A stretch of DNA of 64,000 bases from Octopus vulgaris (lineage: Eukaryota), in the NCBI GenBank assembly GCA_951406725.2, contig OX597825.1, positions 6,572,001-6,636,000 of the forward strand, in the 5' to 3' direction. The notes under the pieces are model-generated. The model was not told the DNA's origin, ran no database searches, and saw only the letters and a list, made by a program, of their open reading frames with translations. Made by a program: the position numbers and the translations under genes. Below, piece by piece: positions 38,735-51,349 of the stretch (the stretch's first letter is position 1; each line of letters starts with the position of its first letter).

Positions 38735-39223
38735 CTTTTTCAGTTCCTGTCTACTGTATTTACTCACGTGGCTTTGGTCAGTCTGGAGCAATTATTAGAA
38801 GACTACTGCCCAAAGTACTCTGCAGTGGGCCTGAACCTAAAACCATGTGGCCAGGAAACAAATTTCTTAACCACATAGCTATGCCTGTACCCACGAATGG
38901 TAAAGGGTAACCCCGCCTCCTTCAGTCATGAATGACCATGGGATTGTACCTAGAGCGTTCCCCTCCAATATCCAAATCTGTACAAGACCAGCAGATGCCT
39001 ATACTAACCAGCCTCTCCTCTCCGTGCCACCAATGTTATCCAAGGGAAAGGCAAAGGCTGATACAGCTTGGCACCAGTGACGTCACAACTCATTTCTACA
39101 GCTGAGTGAACTGGAGCAATGTGAAATAAAGTGTCTTGCTCAAGAACACAACACAGAGTCCGGTCCAGGGATCAAACTCACAGCCTCACTATTGTAAGCC
39201 CAATGCTCTAACCACTGAACCAT
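38735..39223 (-). mobile_element. SINE family C joined to the 5' part of SINE family B
   Basis: Family C at 38903-39223 and family B head at 38735-38890; same junction as 59093-59510. Confidence 0.8.
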
Positions 39224-39536
39224 TATGTACATATAAAACATATACAAGCACCCCAGCATTATAAATGCCTCACCTTAAAGAAATTATAAAGTATAATTAC
39301 TTTGTAGCTTTGCCTTTATGGAAATCCAGATAAATTTTAACTATTCAAAAACTAGTTTCTTCTTAGCTAAAATACCAAGAAGAAGCATTTTGTTTAGTTA
39401 ATGATATGTGGTATTAATAATAATCATGATGCATACAAATATATGTATGTGTTTATGTCACTGTGATTATAGAGTGTAGGGTAGAAAATTTGACCATGAA
39501 GTTTTGTGTCTGTATATTTTCTGACTGCCCTTCATC

Positions 39537-39584
39537 TGACTGTCTGATGAAGGGCAGCAAACCAAAACTTTGAGGTCACAGTCA
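39537..39584 (+). ncRNA. Type-I hammerhead-like motif (G12 mutated) with an upstream inverted partial copy
   Basis: TGACTGT-CTGATGA-A-GG GCAGCAAA CC-AAAA-CTTTGAG-GTC-ACAGTCA: perfect 7-bp stem I and a GUC site, but GAAA reads AAAA. Inverted copy at 39491-39540. Confidence 0.6.
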
Positions 39585-39611
39585 ACCTTTCCTTTGTAAA
39601 AGCATGTGTGT

Positions 39612-39614
<3 letters not shown>

Positions 39615-39674
<60 letters not shown>
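39615..39674. repeat. (AG)n microsatellite
   Basis: Seen directly. Confidence 0.95.
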
Positions 39675-39681
<7 letters not shown>

Positions 39682-39938
39682 TTATATTATGCGGTAAGGG
39701 TTCAACAAGTCGGATATTACTTGATCAGCTAAGAAAGTAAGGATAATGTTATAATAAAAATCAAGAGTCTTGTTAATAACTGCTACCCAGGGTTTCATGG
39801 GTGAAACATTTATTTTAACATTTGGTCTGCCTGAAAAAATGGTGAAATAAATGTTTTGACTATAAAACACTGGGTAGCTGTAATTAACAAGATTTTTGGT
39901 TTTTTTATTATAACATTATATACATGTGTGTGTGTGTG

Positions 39939-39989
<51 letters not shown>

Positions 39990-40760
39990 TTATATATACA
40001 TACATATATATATGTATATATATATGTTCATCATAAAATTTATATCATTGTGATAAGTTCAATATTTCAAAGAAAGCATGGTCACTCTGATGACTGCAGC
40101 AAAGTAAATGATGATAATGGGAGAGCGAAGGATGGGGGAGGGGGAGACAGAATTAAGATTCAAATTGAGTGATGTTGAGTGTGTTAGTGTAGGAAAATGG
40201 TAGCATTCACAGACAGCAGAAAATAGATTACGGACATAATCACACACACACACACACACAAGCATACACACAAATATGGGAGTTGGTGGACGTGTGTGTG
40301 TGTGTGTGATGTATTGAAAACTGTAATATTTTGCTGTGGTGATGATGCTGATAGGCTGTATGGTAATGGAACTGGGTGTGGTGGTCATGGTGGGGATGGT
40401 TGTACATAACAACAGTTAGGAGTTGATGGTAAAGTATTTACTTTCGGGGGGGACTATAATTTGAAAAAAAAAGAAAAGATAATACTACTACTCAATGGCT
40501 TGGTGCAAATAACTGTCTTCTGTTAAATTGTTATCTTCCTAAATTTCAATTCTCAAAAAGTCACTAATAACTTTGGAACAAAATCAAAGACAATGTTATA
40601 TAAATTATAGATTTACAGATACAATATTTAGAACTTTTTAAAGAATTGACAGCACAGCGTTGTCTCTCTTGTTAAGGTTCGTGCCATACAAGCTACCCTC
40701 TGATATAAAAATAAAGATGTCATACAATGCATTATGAATATTTAAAACCTTATCAACATG

Positions 40761-41219
40761 TTCTATATTTAAGAGATGAGGAATTATGTACATTATTTAC
40801 ATTATCAACATTTGATGGATATTTGTCCTCATCTTGTTTGGTGATAACACAACGTTTCGGCTGATATACCCTCCAACCTTCATCAGGTGTCTTGGGGAAA
40901 TTTCAAACCTGGGTTCTCATTCCTAAAGTAGTTTTTCTATGTTATTATTATTATTATTATTATTATTATATGCCCATGGGCATATGGTGTAGTGGTTAAG
41001 AGTGCCGTCTACTAACCCCAAGATTCCGACTTTGATTCCAGGCAGTGACCTGAATAATAATAATAATAATAATAAACATCAAAAGATACCTTGAGAATGA
41101 GAACCCAGGTTCGAAATTTCCCCAAGACACCTGATGAAGGCTGGAGGGTATAACAGCTGAAACATTGTGTTAACAACAAAGAAGATGAGGACAAACATCC
41201 ATCAAATGTAAATAATGTA
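40761..41219 (+). mobile_element. Palindromic hammerhead/tRNA-head element, copy B, with 12-bp TSD
   Basis: TSD cttatcaacatg at 40749-40760 and 41220-41231; hammerheads at 40846-40891 (-) and 41126-41171 (+); tRNA head 40978-41050 (+). Confidence 0.9.
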
Positions 41220-41269
41220 CTTATCAACATGGTCATGCCATGGCAGAATAATATTCCGGATATCTTTTA

Positions 41270-41630
41270 TCATTTATTATTTTCCAGTCATTAGACTGTG
41301 GCCAAGCTGGGGCAGCACCTTGAGGAACTTTAGTCCAATGAATTGATCTCGGTGCTTATTTTTTAAAGCCCACTGCTTATTCTATTTGTTCCTTTTGCCG
41401 AACTGCTAAGTTACGAGGATGAAAACACACCAATACCGTTGTCAAGCAGTGGTGGAAGACAAACACAGACACAAAGACACACACACAGATATGTATATAT
41501 ATGACAAATTTCTTTCAGTATCTGTTTACCAAATCCACTCACAAGACTTTGGTCAGCCTGAGACTATAGTAGAAGACCCAGAAATATGTAGAAGGGAAGC
41601 AAACTTCTCACCACATATTCATGCCTGCAC
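41270..41630 (-). mobile_element. SINE family B, diverged
   Basis: ccaaatccactcacaagactttggtc...ctatagtagaagac and ttttgccgaactgctaagttacg. Confidence 0.75.
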
Positions 41631-41654
41631 CTTTGATTTCATTCTTTGATTTCA

Positions 41655-42105
41655 TTCCCCGTGCTAGCGGGGTGCAAAGAGCACCATACGAGTGTGATCA
41701 TTGACAGAGCACTTGTGACCGTGCTAGTAGGGTACCAAGAGCACCATCTGAGTATGATCATTGCCAGAGCAGCTAACTGGCTTCTGTCCCGGTGGCATGT
41801 AAAAGGGCACCATTCGAGCGTGATCGTTATCAGCGCTGCCTTACTGGCACCTGTGCCGGTGGCATGTGTAAAAATATTTGAGTGAGGTCATTGCCAGTAC
41901 TGCCTGACTGGCCCCATGCTGGTGGCACATAAAAAGCACCCACTACACTCTCGGAGTGGTTGGCGTTAGGAAGGGCATCCAGCTGTAGAAACTCTGCCAG
42001 ATCAAGATTGGAGCCTGGTGCAGCCATCTGGTTCGCCAGCCCTCAGTCAAAATCGTCCAACCCATGCTAGCATGGAAAGCGGACGTTAAACGATGATGAT
42101 GATGA
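41655..42105 (+). mobile_element. SINE family D with internal tandem units
   Basis: Units ending in agcacc, the conserved 3' body, and a (GAT)n tail. Confidence 0.85.
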
Positions 42106-42196
42106 ATTTTAATAATCACAAAGAGAAGATGAAGAGAAGTAAAGCAGTGTTTTCTCGAAGGTAATTAAGTGGAGCTCTTGCTACAGTGAGTTCACT

Positions 42197-42425
42197 TTAA
42201 CCCTTTGGCATTCAGATTCGTCTGTCAAATGTAAAGCTTATTTATTCATAATGTTTGAAATTAACAATGCACCGTCTTATAACTTCAAGGTTTCGATGAT
42301 AAGATTGTTTATTTTTAGAATGACATTGTAGGGTAGGTGTGAGACACCAGATCTAGCCAGTTTGAACATAAAAACAGGTAGAATATTTTGGCCAGGTACA
42401 GCTGGTTTAAATACAAAAGGATTAA
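42197..42425 (-). mobile_element. piggyBac-type MITE P2
   Basis: TTAA-CCCTTTGGCATT...AAAAGGA-TTAA; reverse complement of 13763-13990. Confidence 0.75.
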
Positions 42426-42843
42426 AGATAGAATAAAAGATTACAACTCTCAAGTTCAGAAGAAGCAATACGCGTGAAACAAAGAATATTGTTTTCAAGG
42501 ATATTCTCCCCTAACATTACACATCCAGTACTCCCTACATGAACTTTACACCATCTCAAGAAAATAAATGGTTAAAAAAAAAGTAGAATTTCAAACATGT
42601 ATTTCATGATTCTGTTTAAACTTCCAGCAATCTTATAACCATCAAATTAACCAAAACAGTTTTGTGAGTTTTAATAGCATTAAAAAGTCGCTCCCATTTC
42701 TGTTACTAAAATTCAGTTTCATCTTACAGTACATGATTCACTTGGAGTGGGGTATACGTCATCAGCTTGATCAGGAATAGTGAAAAAACATTACATTTTA
42801 GTTATGCCCCTTGTTAATTATGCTCCTCTCCAGCACTCCCCTC

Positions 42844-43071
42844 TTAACCCTTTCGTTACTGTATTTATTTTGAGATGCTTTGTGTTTCTTTCAATTACTT
42901 TAAGTATAACAAAGAATTTAGCAAAATAACTTAGTTATCATTAAGCTAGTGTTAGGAACATAAATTGTGACTAAGGTTTGGTGGAAGATTTTAATTCAGA
43001 ACTTTTGAAAATAAGACATTTGTACTCAGAGCCAGAGGTGGTTTCAGCCGGGTTGGTATCGAAAGGGTTAA
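42844..43071 (-). mobile_element. piggyBac-type MITE P1, intact
   Basis: TTAA-CCCTTTCGTTAC...GTATCGAAAGGG-TTAA. Confidence 0.9.
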
Positions 43072-45410
43072 CACACCAGGTCAAAGAAAAATTACTATTC
43101 TTGGTCAAACAATCACAGGGGTTAAAGACTATATTCCATAGTTCCAGGGTTCCAGTCTCTACAAAATTGGATGACAGCATGTAAAAATTTCATGTGAAAA
43201 ATTACCTGAAAGTGTACCACCAACAGCCAATATTTAACCTCAGTCAAAGAGACAGAAATTTTCCAAGTGTTGCAGCCTCTGTGCTGGTCATCCGCTCTGG
43301 CTAGGGAAGAGCGGCACATTGAACTCTGACTCAGAGAATCTGAACTCAGCCCCATCCACTGTTAACCGTGACAGTCAGCAGTGTATGACCACCAGGCACT
43401 GATCATTGTCTTTCATTGGGGGAAGAATTACACCTTAGAACTAAGATTCTGAAGTGTATTCTAACCACTTCTGCCAGATACTGTTGAAAGTGTAGCAGGC
43501 CTTAAGGTAGACATCAACTCCCAGTGGGGAGAAACTTCCATATAGTCACAACTGTTCCCAGAGAACATCTGACAGTACAAAGTGTTAGAATCTATGGCAT
43601 CCAAGTATATAACAGGCAAACACAATTTCTCCAACAATGCTGATGGAATCATAGAAACCATTGTCTGCAAAGAACTATATTAAACAAGTTGAGTTGATGG
43701 TAGCATATTTACCCAGTTTTCATATAATTGAGATTATCTTTTCGAAAATCTGATATTAATAATTTTGTTTCTTTATATTTCACATTATATTTGGTGGAAG
43801 ATTAAGATCTATACAATTTTGAAATGTTCCTAACCTTACAATCACCGTGATCACAGAAAAATCAACATTTTTCCTACAAAGTAGCAAGGAGACTGACTTT
43901 TATTGCATTTATACTGAGACTGTATAAACATTTTGGTACAATAACAAACAATTACTAATGGACTAACAAAATTTGTTTCCAGAAAAATCTGCAAAAGCTG
44001 AAGAGTTAATGGTACACAACTATCTTGAATTACAACAACTCAAATTTTGTTCAACATTTATTGAATATTTGTTCTTCCAACATAAATACATACATACACA
44101 CGTATATTATATATATATATCATCATCATCATTTTTAGCATCCAACTCACAAACACACATACACACACACACACACATCATGTTTACAACACAATTCTTG
44201 GTTTATAAACAGTATTGTAGAGTCAATACCTCCATCTTATCAATCATGCTATATTATATTGGTATGACAAAGGATGACAGTGGGGCTTTTCTATATGCTA
44301 TACTTTAGCTCCAGCAAAGAGTCCACGTCATGACGCTCTCCCCATCACTCTTTCTCTCTCTCTGGTGCATGACTCACCTGCTTTCTATTCCCTCTGCACC
44401 ACCCTCCTCACCCTCTTTATTATTGTGGGTGGACCACTTACACTCAGGTCACTCTACTTCCACCCTACCCATCATCCACCCACATTTCACTTGTATTTCT
44501 TTCCTCCCACATATTCTGGGGCTCTGCCATAACTCTGTCCTTATTCTTCTCACCCCTGGTTCACACAGATTTACATCTCACTTCCTGCTGTTTCAGAATA
44601 CACTGGCCACCCCTATCACTCATCCCATTGTCACATTGCACCCTCATTCATACCATTTGAACCCCTGTCACTCATGCGTCTGATGAGTGAGTAGGACATA
44701 GGGTCGCAATGTCTCTTTACTCATGATAAAGACAGATTTTCACCAATTCTCATCCATTTCCAAACAAATTAATATTCTCGCAAGGCCAGACATGTTTTGA
44801 CAAAAATAATATTTAAGACAAAGAGACACATCGAAATACAACTCCTCCCACTGCACACATACATATATACATCTGTGTGAGGGGGTAGGTTTAAGGGTTA
44901 TGGACTTCTTTCAGTTTCTCTCTATCAAATCCAGTTACAAAACTTTGGTCGGCTCGAAGCTAGAGTAGAAGACACTTGGCCAAAGTACCAAGCAGTGGGA
45001 TTGAACCCTCACCATGTATATAACTGGAAAGGAAACTGCCCAACTACTTAGCCACGCCTGCGCTTATATCATAGACTCTTTCGTATACGACAGATGAAGG
45101 ATGATTAGTTTACTGTGATTAAATGATTGTGTTTGTGCATCAGTTCATCAGTCCCTCAAACAAATTGATATTACCTGGACAGGTGTGCAGAGTGGTACGT
45201 GTCAGATATTGGAAGGATAACACAGCAACGTCAAATGAAGTGTATTGCTCAAGAAAACAATTCACGTCTTGGTCTGGGAAATGCAGCCACAATCTTATGA
45301 TTGAGAGTGCAATGCCCTAACCATTAGGCCATGTGCCTATATGTGTTTGTGTATGTATGTGTATATATATGACTATATATATATATGAATATATATATGA
45401 ATATATATAT

Positions 45411-45643
45411 GTATTTCTTTACTACCCACAAGGGGCTAAACACAGAAAAGCCAAACAAGGACAGACAAACGGATTAAGTCAATTACATCGATCCCAGTGC
45501 ATAACAGGTACTTAATTTATCGACCCCGAAAGGATGAAAGGCAAAGTCAACCTCGGCGGAATTTGAACTCAGAATGTAATGGCAGACGAAATATGGCTAG
45601 ACATTTCGTCCGGCGTGCTAACGTTTCTGCCAGTTCGCCGCCT
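45411..45643 (-). mobile_element. SINE family A
   Basis: Close match to 31603-31835. Confidence 0.9.
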
Positions 45644-45644
45644 T

Positions 45645-45698
45645 ATGTGTGTATATATATATATATATGTGTATATATACATATATATATGAACATAT

Positions 45699-45753
<55 letters not shown>

Positions 45754-45913
45754 TGTATATATACTTATATATATATATATGTGTGTATGTGTATATATAT
45801 GAATATATATGTGAATATATATATGTGTATATATATATATGTATGTATATATATATGAATATATATATATATATATATATGAATATATATATATATATAT
45901 GTATGTGTATATA
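45645..45913. repeat. Degenerate (TA/TG)n microsatellite
   Basis: Seen directly. Confidence 0.95.
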
Positions 45914-46561
45914 CAAAACTTTCATTAAAATTTACAGCCCAAAAAATCTGTTCCGCGTTAGATATCAATACAGGTGCATTGAACTAGAATAAATCTAAAC
46001 TTGTATAATTTTTGTAACCAAAAAGTAATTGATGCTTAAAATTTGGCACAAGTATCATTTTGCTATAACAATTTTTTTTTTAAATGATAAACATAAGAAT
46101 ATAAAAAAAGAGGATGAAATAAAAATAATTTGTTAAATATAAGAAAATCAAATCAATATAAACAAACTTTTATCAGAAAGCAATAAATAAAACGAAATTA
46201 TAAAAGTAGAAAAAGAAATAATAATAATAATAATAATAATGATAATAATGATAGTAATAATAATAGTAATAATAATGGTAATAATAATAATAAAATAATA
46301 ATAATAATAATAAACAAAAGCAGGGTTTGAGGGTATTCATTGCATACTCAAATACATAGTTTTGAAATTTTGATATCATGTGAAGCATCTGCAGATAAGT
46401 GTGTAGAATATTTGCTACCTTTTTTTGTTACTTAGATATTAGACTAACATCTTCAAGGATTGCATTTCTTTTAGCTCTGATGAGTGCCAGCTAACATTTG
46501 TGTTATTGCATTGAAGGTTTATAATTGTATTCATCATACACACCTACGTATCAATTATATT

Positions 46562-46582
46562 CTACACGCTTGTAACATCTGG
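46562..46582 (-). CDS. Candidate stop-containing small exon, encodes (P)DVTSV*
   Basis: Tandem acceptors cttcag|CCAG|ATG, then GTT ACA AGC GTG TAG, with donor AC|gtaggt at 46548. The pyrimidine tract is weak. Confidence 0.35.
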   Translation of the reverse strand, partial: PDVTSV

Positions 46583-46671
46583 CTGAAGTGAGCACTTAAG
46601 CCTTTGTATAATAAAACAAATGATAGTTTGTGTGTGTGTGTGTGCATATATGTATATACATATGTATATAT

Positions 46672-46702
<31 letters not shown>

Positions 46703-47521
46703 AATACACACACACACGCATACATTTGTATATCTGTCTATATATAGGAAATGCAAACAATGCTGAGACTTATGTATATGCAGATAAAATTTATGTAGCG
46801 TTTATGATGAAAGTTATTCTTTATAAAACTATATGAAGCGTTTCCTAATTAAAAACAATTAAAGTCAATTAAATTCATTTCATATTCACTTCATATTATG
46901 TAAATCTCTGTCTCTTTCTCTGTGTGTGCATGTATGTGTATTTAGGTATATATATATATATGTATATATATATGTGTGTGTATGTATATATATCTCTGTA
47001 TATGTTTGCACATATGTATATTCACATGCACACATACACAAGAAAAGTGGACAGATGTATGTAATTCCATGACAGCTTAGATTCCAATGAAAATTTGTGA
47101 TTTCATTCATTTATTTTGAATTTCTTTCATTAGAAATTGGTTTTAAAAACCAACTTGCTAGTGGCTAGTTTTATCAACTACAAGGCTGGAAGAGATATAA
47201 AAATAGTCCTTCTTCAGCATTACAAGCCATATTGCTTTTAATATTCAAATAAGGACTAAATAAATAGTTCCAATACCTTCTTTTGTTAACAAGAAAATTC
47301 CTTATTTCATATTCTTGCTTCAAAAATAGCAGGGATTTTCTGAATTACTTTAAAATGATTTTGTTGTGGTAAAAATTGTGATCATTCACTCATCTCATTG
47401 AATTAATTTATTCAAATTTATTATTTTTTTTGTATGAAAATTTAAATTTGTGGCCAATGATAAATCTTGTTGGTTAGTGGTTCTATTTTTGTTGATTTGA
47501 AGTAGCAAATACAATACTCAC

Positions 47522-47569
47522 CTCCATCGTTGTGCCTTCTTCTAACAGACGCGCTCGTGTTATCAATAG
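47522..47569 (-). CDS. Candidate 48-nt internal coding exon (LLITRARLLEEGTTME or xIDNTSASVRRRHNDG)
   Basis: Acceptor ttttttcttcaattttccag| and donor GAG|gtgagta. Length is a multiple of 3, two frames are open, and it is CpG-rich within very AT-rich unique DNA. Confidence 0.55.
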
Positions 47570-48539
47570 CTGGAAAATTGAAGAAAAAAGAAAGGTAACA
47601 GAAATATATATATAAAAAATAATAAATAAATATAAATAAAAATAAAAAGTGTCTTTGTTTTGATTTTTAATTTTGTGATTTTGTAAAAGTTCATTTTTTT
47701 TATAATGTGATATATAAATAAATAATTCACTAAAAAAAGTAAAGCAAATATTTTCTGTGTTCATCTGTCCATCAATAAAAGCAAAGTTGCACAGATCTTA
47801 AAGAAAATGTTTCACATTTGAATTAGAAATTACCAAATCAATGGTTTTCTTTCAAAAACTCTCATATCTTCATATTATTTTGTTTCTCTATAAGTTTTAA
47901 AAAACTGAAGAAAACATTTGTGATAGTCTAAAATATATTTTCTTTTTCATAATATATTTTTTTAAAGTTTCAGAAATTGTTTTATATTTAGCTGTAATTT
48001 CCATGATTTTTTTTCTTCTTCTTTTGCTAATAACTTACATATTTTATGATGAAACGAGCATCTAATTTCAAGTGATTGAGCAATTCTCTTGCAGATGCAG
48101 GTAAGTGCCAATTTAAGAGAAAATATAGGCAAAAGATTAATAAAACTAATATTACTGAACAAAGAATAAAACTGAATAATGGTGATGCTACCATGTGGAT
48201 CTGTGCAACTCTGTTGATGGGAACAAACCAGAGAGTGTAGAAAATATAGATTGCAACATTATGTAATAGCAATGGTACTTTATAGTTACAATGATGCTCA
48301 TATGGAAAACCGTTCCTGGCCATGTTTAATATTAAATAGGATTACCATTTTAGTGAAGAAATTGTATGAGACAAAATTGTAAATGGGAACCATTTAGGAT
48401 GAATATTTAGCCATCAGATTACAAGAAATCAAAAATCAACAGTTTCCATATGAGACATCTAGGATTACCATTGCAAACAATTACAAAAGAAAAAAACGGG
48501 TGCAAAAACTGTTTTTAAAAATTATTATTTGCTTTGTGT

Positions 48540-50990
48540 TGTTCATGGAGGTTATGACTTTGGTACAAGGAATGAGAAAGGTTTAAAGATCTTTTGGAGT
48601 TCTGTGATGCAACTGATCTAACAAACCAACCAATCAGTTGCTCCATCACCTACAGATTCGGCAAACACACACGGGTCAGATCAATTCTATCATCACCAAG
48701 AAATACAAAAGGCAGACTATTGTAAATATAAAAGACTTTTCTAGCAAAGAATGCACTACCAAACATAGATTAGAGATTTAGAATTAGGGAGAGTCAGGGG
48801 ACAGTAGACAACATGGAGAAGGAAGACATGGAAAATAAAACAACCTGTGCTCAGTCATAGGGTTACAGAAATTCTACATGATGTATGTAACTGTAGGAAG
48901 GAGGAATTAGAAACTTGTAGCTTAGTTTGCTAACACAGAGTTCCTATAAGATAACCTAGTGAGGGCTACAGATCAGATAGATGTGGCTTGTGCTAGATCT
49001 CAGCCAAACCAAAGACATGGGAGATAGATCTTTAAAAACTAAGAGATTGGCGTGGAAAACTTGCAACATGGAAGTAGTGGACATTACCAAGTAGCTAAAA
49101 TTGAAGTCAGGCATCACATATAATTAGCGAGGGGTCAAAGAGAATGAGATTTAAACATGTTCTGCTATGCAAGGATTGGAGTCATGTGATGTTCATAGTT
49201 ACAAGATAAGGTGTTTGAGAGAAACCAAGATATCGCTAGAAAGAAGTGTATTTGAAATAATCAAGACTCAGCTGCCATTACTGTGGAAGTGCTACTATGA
49301 GATGTTGTTGAATGAGAAGAATGTATGGAATAAAACCCATCAGTGGATCCAGAGTTGACAGCAGTGTGGTGGATAGGAGCTGCATAGGATATGAAAGTAG
49401 GGAAAACAGCTGATCTGTCTGGTTGTGTTGTGAAGATGCTCTTAATGTCTGGAGATGTAGGATACATAATAGTCACCAGAATAGTTAATCAAGTAGTGCA
49501 GGAAGATGTCACGACCAATATTTGGCATGGCAGCATCTTATAAACCGTTGCATGGACAAAGAAGATGCATAAGAGGGAAGAATTTACAGTAGTAACATAT
49601 TGCTGGATCAGGCTTTGAATGTCACAGAATGAGTCCTAACACAATTAATCAGGAACAGAGTTAACTTCAATGGAATGCAACTTGGCATTATGCCAGAAAT
49701 ATGTACAAGAGATGCAATCCTCTTAGGAAAGATACCTGCAGGAAAAATACTTAGATAAGAGCTAACCATAATATTTGGCCATTGTTGAATTGGAAAAGAG
49801 TGCTATGTTCTCTAATCCATTTGTCACAAAGGAAACTAGATGTTGATGGACAGTTTGTAAAGGCTGTACAAGTTGTGTAAAAAATATTCTGCAAGTAAAA
49901 CGGAAGTCAAGAATGAGTTCAGTGAAAAATTTAATGTGAAGAGAGTGTCCAACAAGGCTTCGTTCTCAGCCTCTTCCTAATCAACATTGTCTTAAAGGCC
50001 ATCACAGAAGAGTTTGAGTGCCCTTAGGAAATCTGGTATGCTGATGATCTAGTTCGTATAGTTTAATCTATAGAGGAATTAGAGAAGAAATTCCAGATAT
50101 GGAAGCAAAACCTAGAATTGAGGAACCTCAAGGTAAAATTAACAAAATGTTAGTAGGTAGGAAAGAAAACAGGATACTGAAATCGCCAGGAAAATGGGAT
50201 TGCTCAATATGCCGAAAAGGAATAGGTAGGAACTTCATTTGCTGTACCAACTTTAAGCTATGGATACACAAAAGGTGTAGTGGAACTGTAGACAGGCTAA
50301 CAATGAAGACAATCTTTAAATCTGGTAGATGCACCAGAATACTAAGTACTGAAGAGCACAACAAAAATTAACTCTCATAAATGCATGACTGGTTCACTTG
50401 AAGTAGTGGACAGCTTTGGTTACCTGGGTGACATAATTAGCAGAGGAGGTGGTTGTTCAGAAAGAATGATAACAAGAGTAAGAAAGGGGTTGGAAAGCAT
50501 TCGATGATCCATTAACATTGCTGTCAACAAAAGTTTTCTCCCTCAGAATGAAGGGCAGATTATATGACACTTATGTGAAAAATGCAGTGCTGTATGGTAA
50601 TGAGATGCAGGCTTTGAATGCAGAAGACTTGCAGAGGCTGGAATGAAAAGAAACCAGCAGGTTCAAATGGGAGTAGGGTGTTAATGTGTGTTAGGGGCAA
50701 TATATAAATGTGTTGAGAACAAAAAAAAGGTGGAAAAGAAATCAGGTGTTATGTACAGGGGAGAAGGCAGTATGGGGGTCTCAGGATGCATATTGAGGAA
50801 TGACCACTTCATAAAGAAATAATGAGAACTCCAACCTAATGGAGCCCATGCAAGAGTGATACCAAAGAAAACTTGGGCAGAGGTGATGAAGCTGATCTAA
50901 AGATGCTGTATCTCATGGAGGAGATGACCAAAAGACTGTTTAGATTAGTGACATGATGTTGCTGAAGACCTGAAATATCCTCAAGGTAAG
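48540..50990 (+). mobile_element. Decayed RTE-clade LINE
   Basis: HGGY.FGTRNEKG (APE region), QLGIMP..TRDAI, QGFVLS, YADDL at 50037-50051, Cys-rich insert WDCSICRKGIG..CT..WIHKRCSG, and FGYLGD. Confidence 0.8.
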
Positions 50991-51349
50991 GTTTAGGGAC
51001 CAAGATATTTTGTACTTCACCCAAGTACACATCATACATCTTGCTTAACACCTCTCCACATGAAACCCTTCATATTATCTAAACAAACCCATCACCCTGT
51101 TGTTCACTCCTCTCCTCCATTTGTTCACATTCATTCCTCCACTAGATCTATGCATAAAAGCCTTCAATGTCCCACCTCTTGACTGCATCAGTCCATTCTC
51201 ATCCTTTCACCAGACTTATGTTTAAAAGACTGAAGTGCATTGGTTGCATGCTGCTAGAATTCTTTCTTTCTAGTCTGTCTTCTTCACCTTTTTTTATCCT
51301 TTACGTACATACATACATACATACATACAAAAAAATACATACATGCATA

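Noticed and set aside
40978-41050. Functional tRNA gene
   Set aside because: A/B boxes are present, but the acceptor stem is poor and all copies are embedded in the repeat; treated as a SINE head.
44670-44712. CTGATGA...GTCGCA after a pyrimidine-rich tract as a hammerhead
   Set aside because: The GAAA core is absent; at most a deleted remnant that cannot be supported.
46471-46494. ttagct-CTGATGA-gtgcc-agctaa hairpin as a hammerhead
   Set aside because: No GAAA, stem II or stem III.
46562-46582. Assigning the VTSV C-terminus to APC
   Set aside because: A four-residue match only; the upstream peptide and small-exon structure do not resemble APC.
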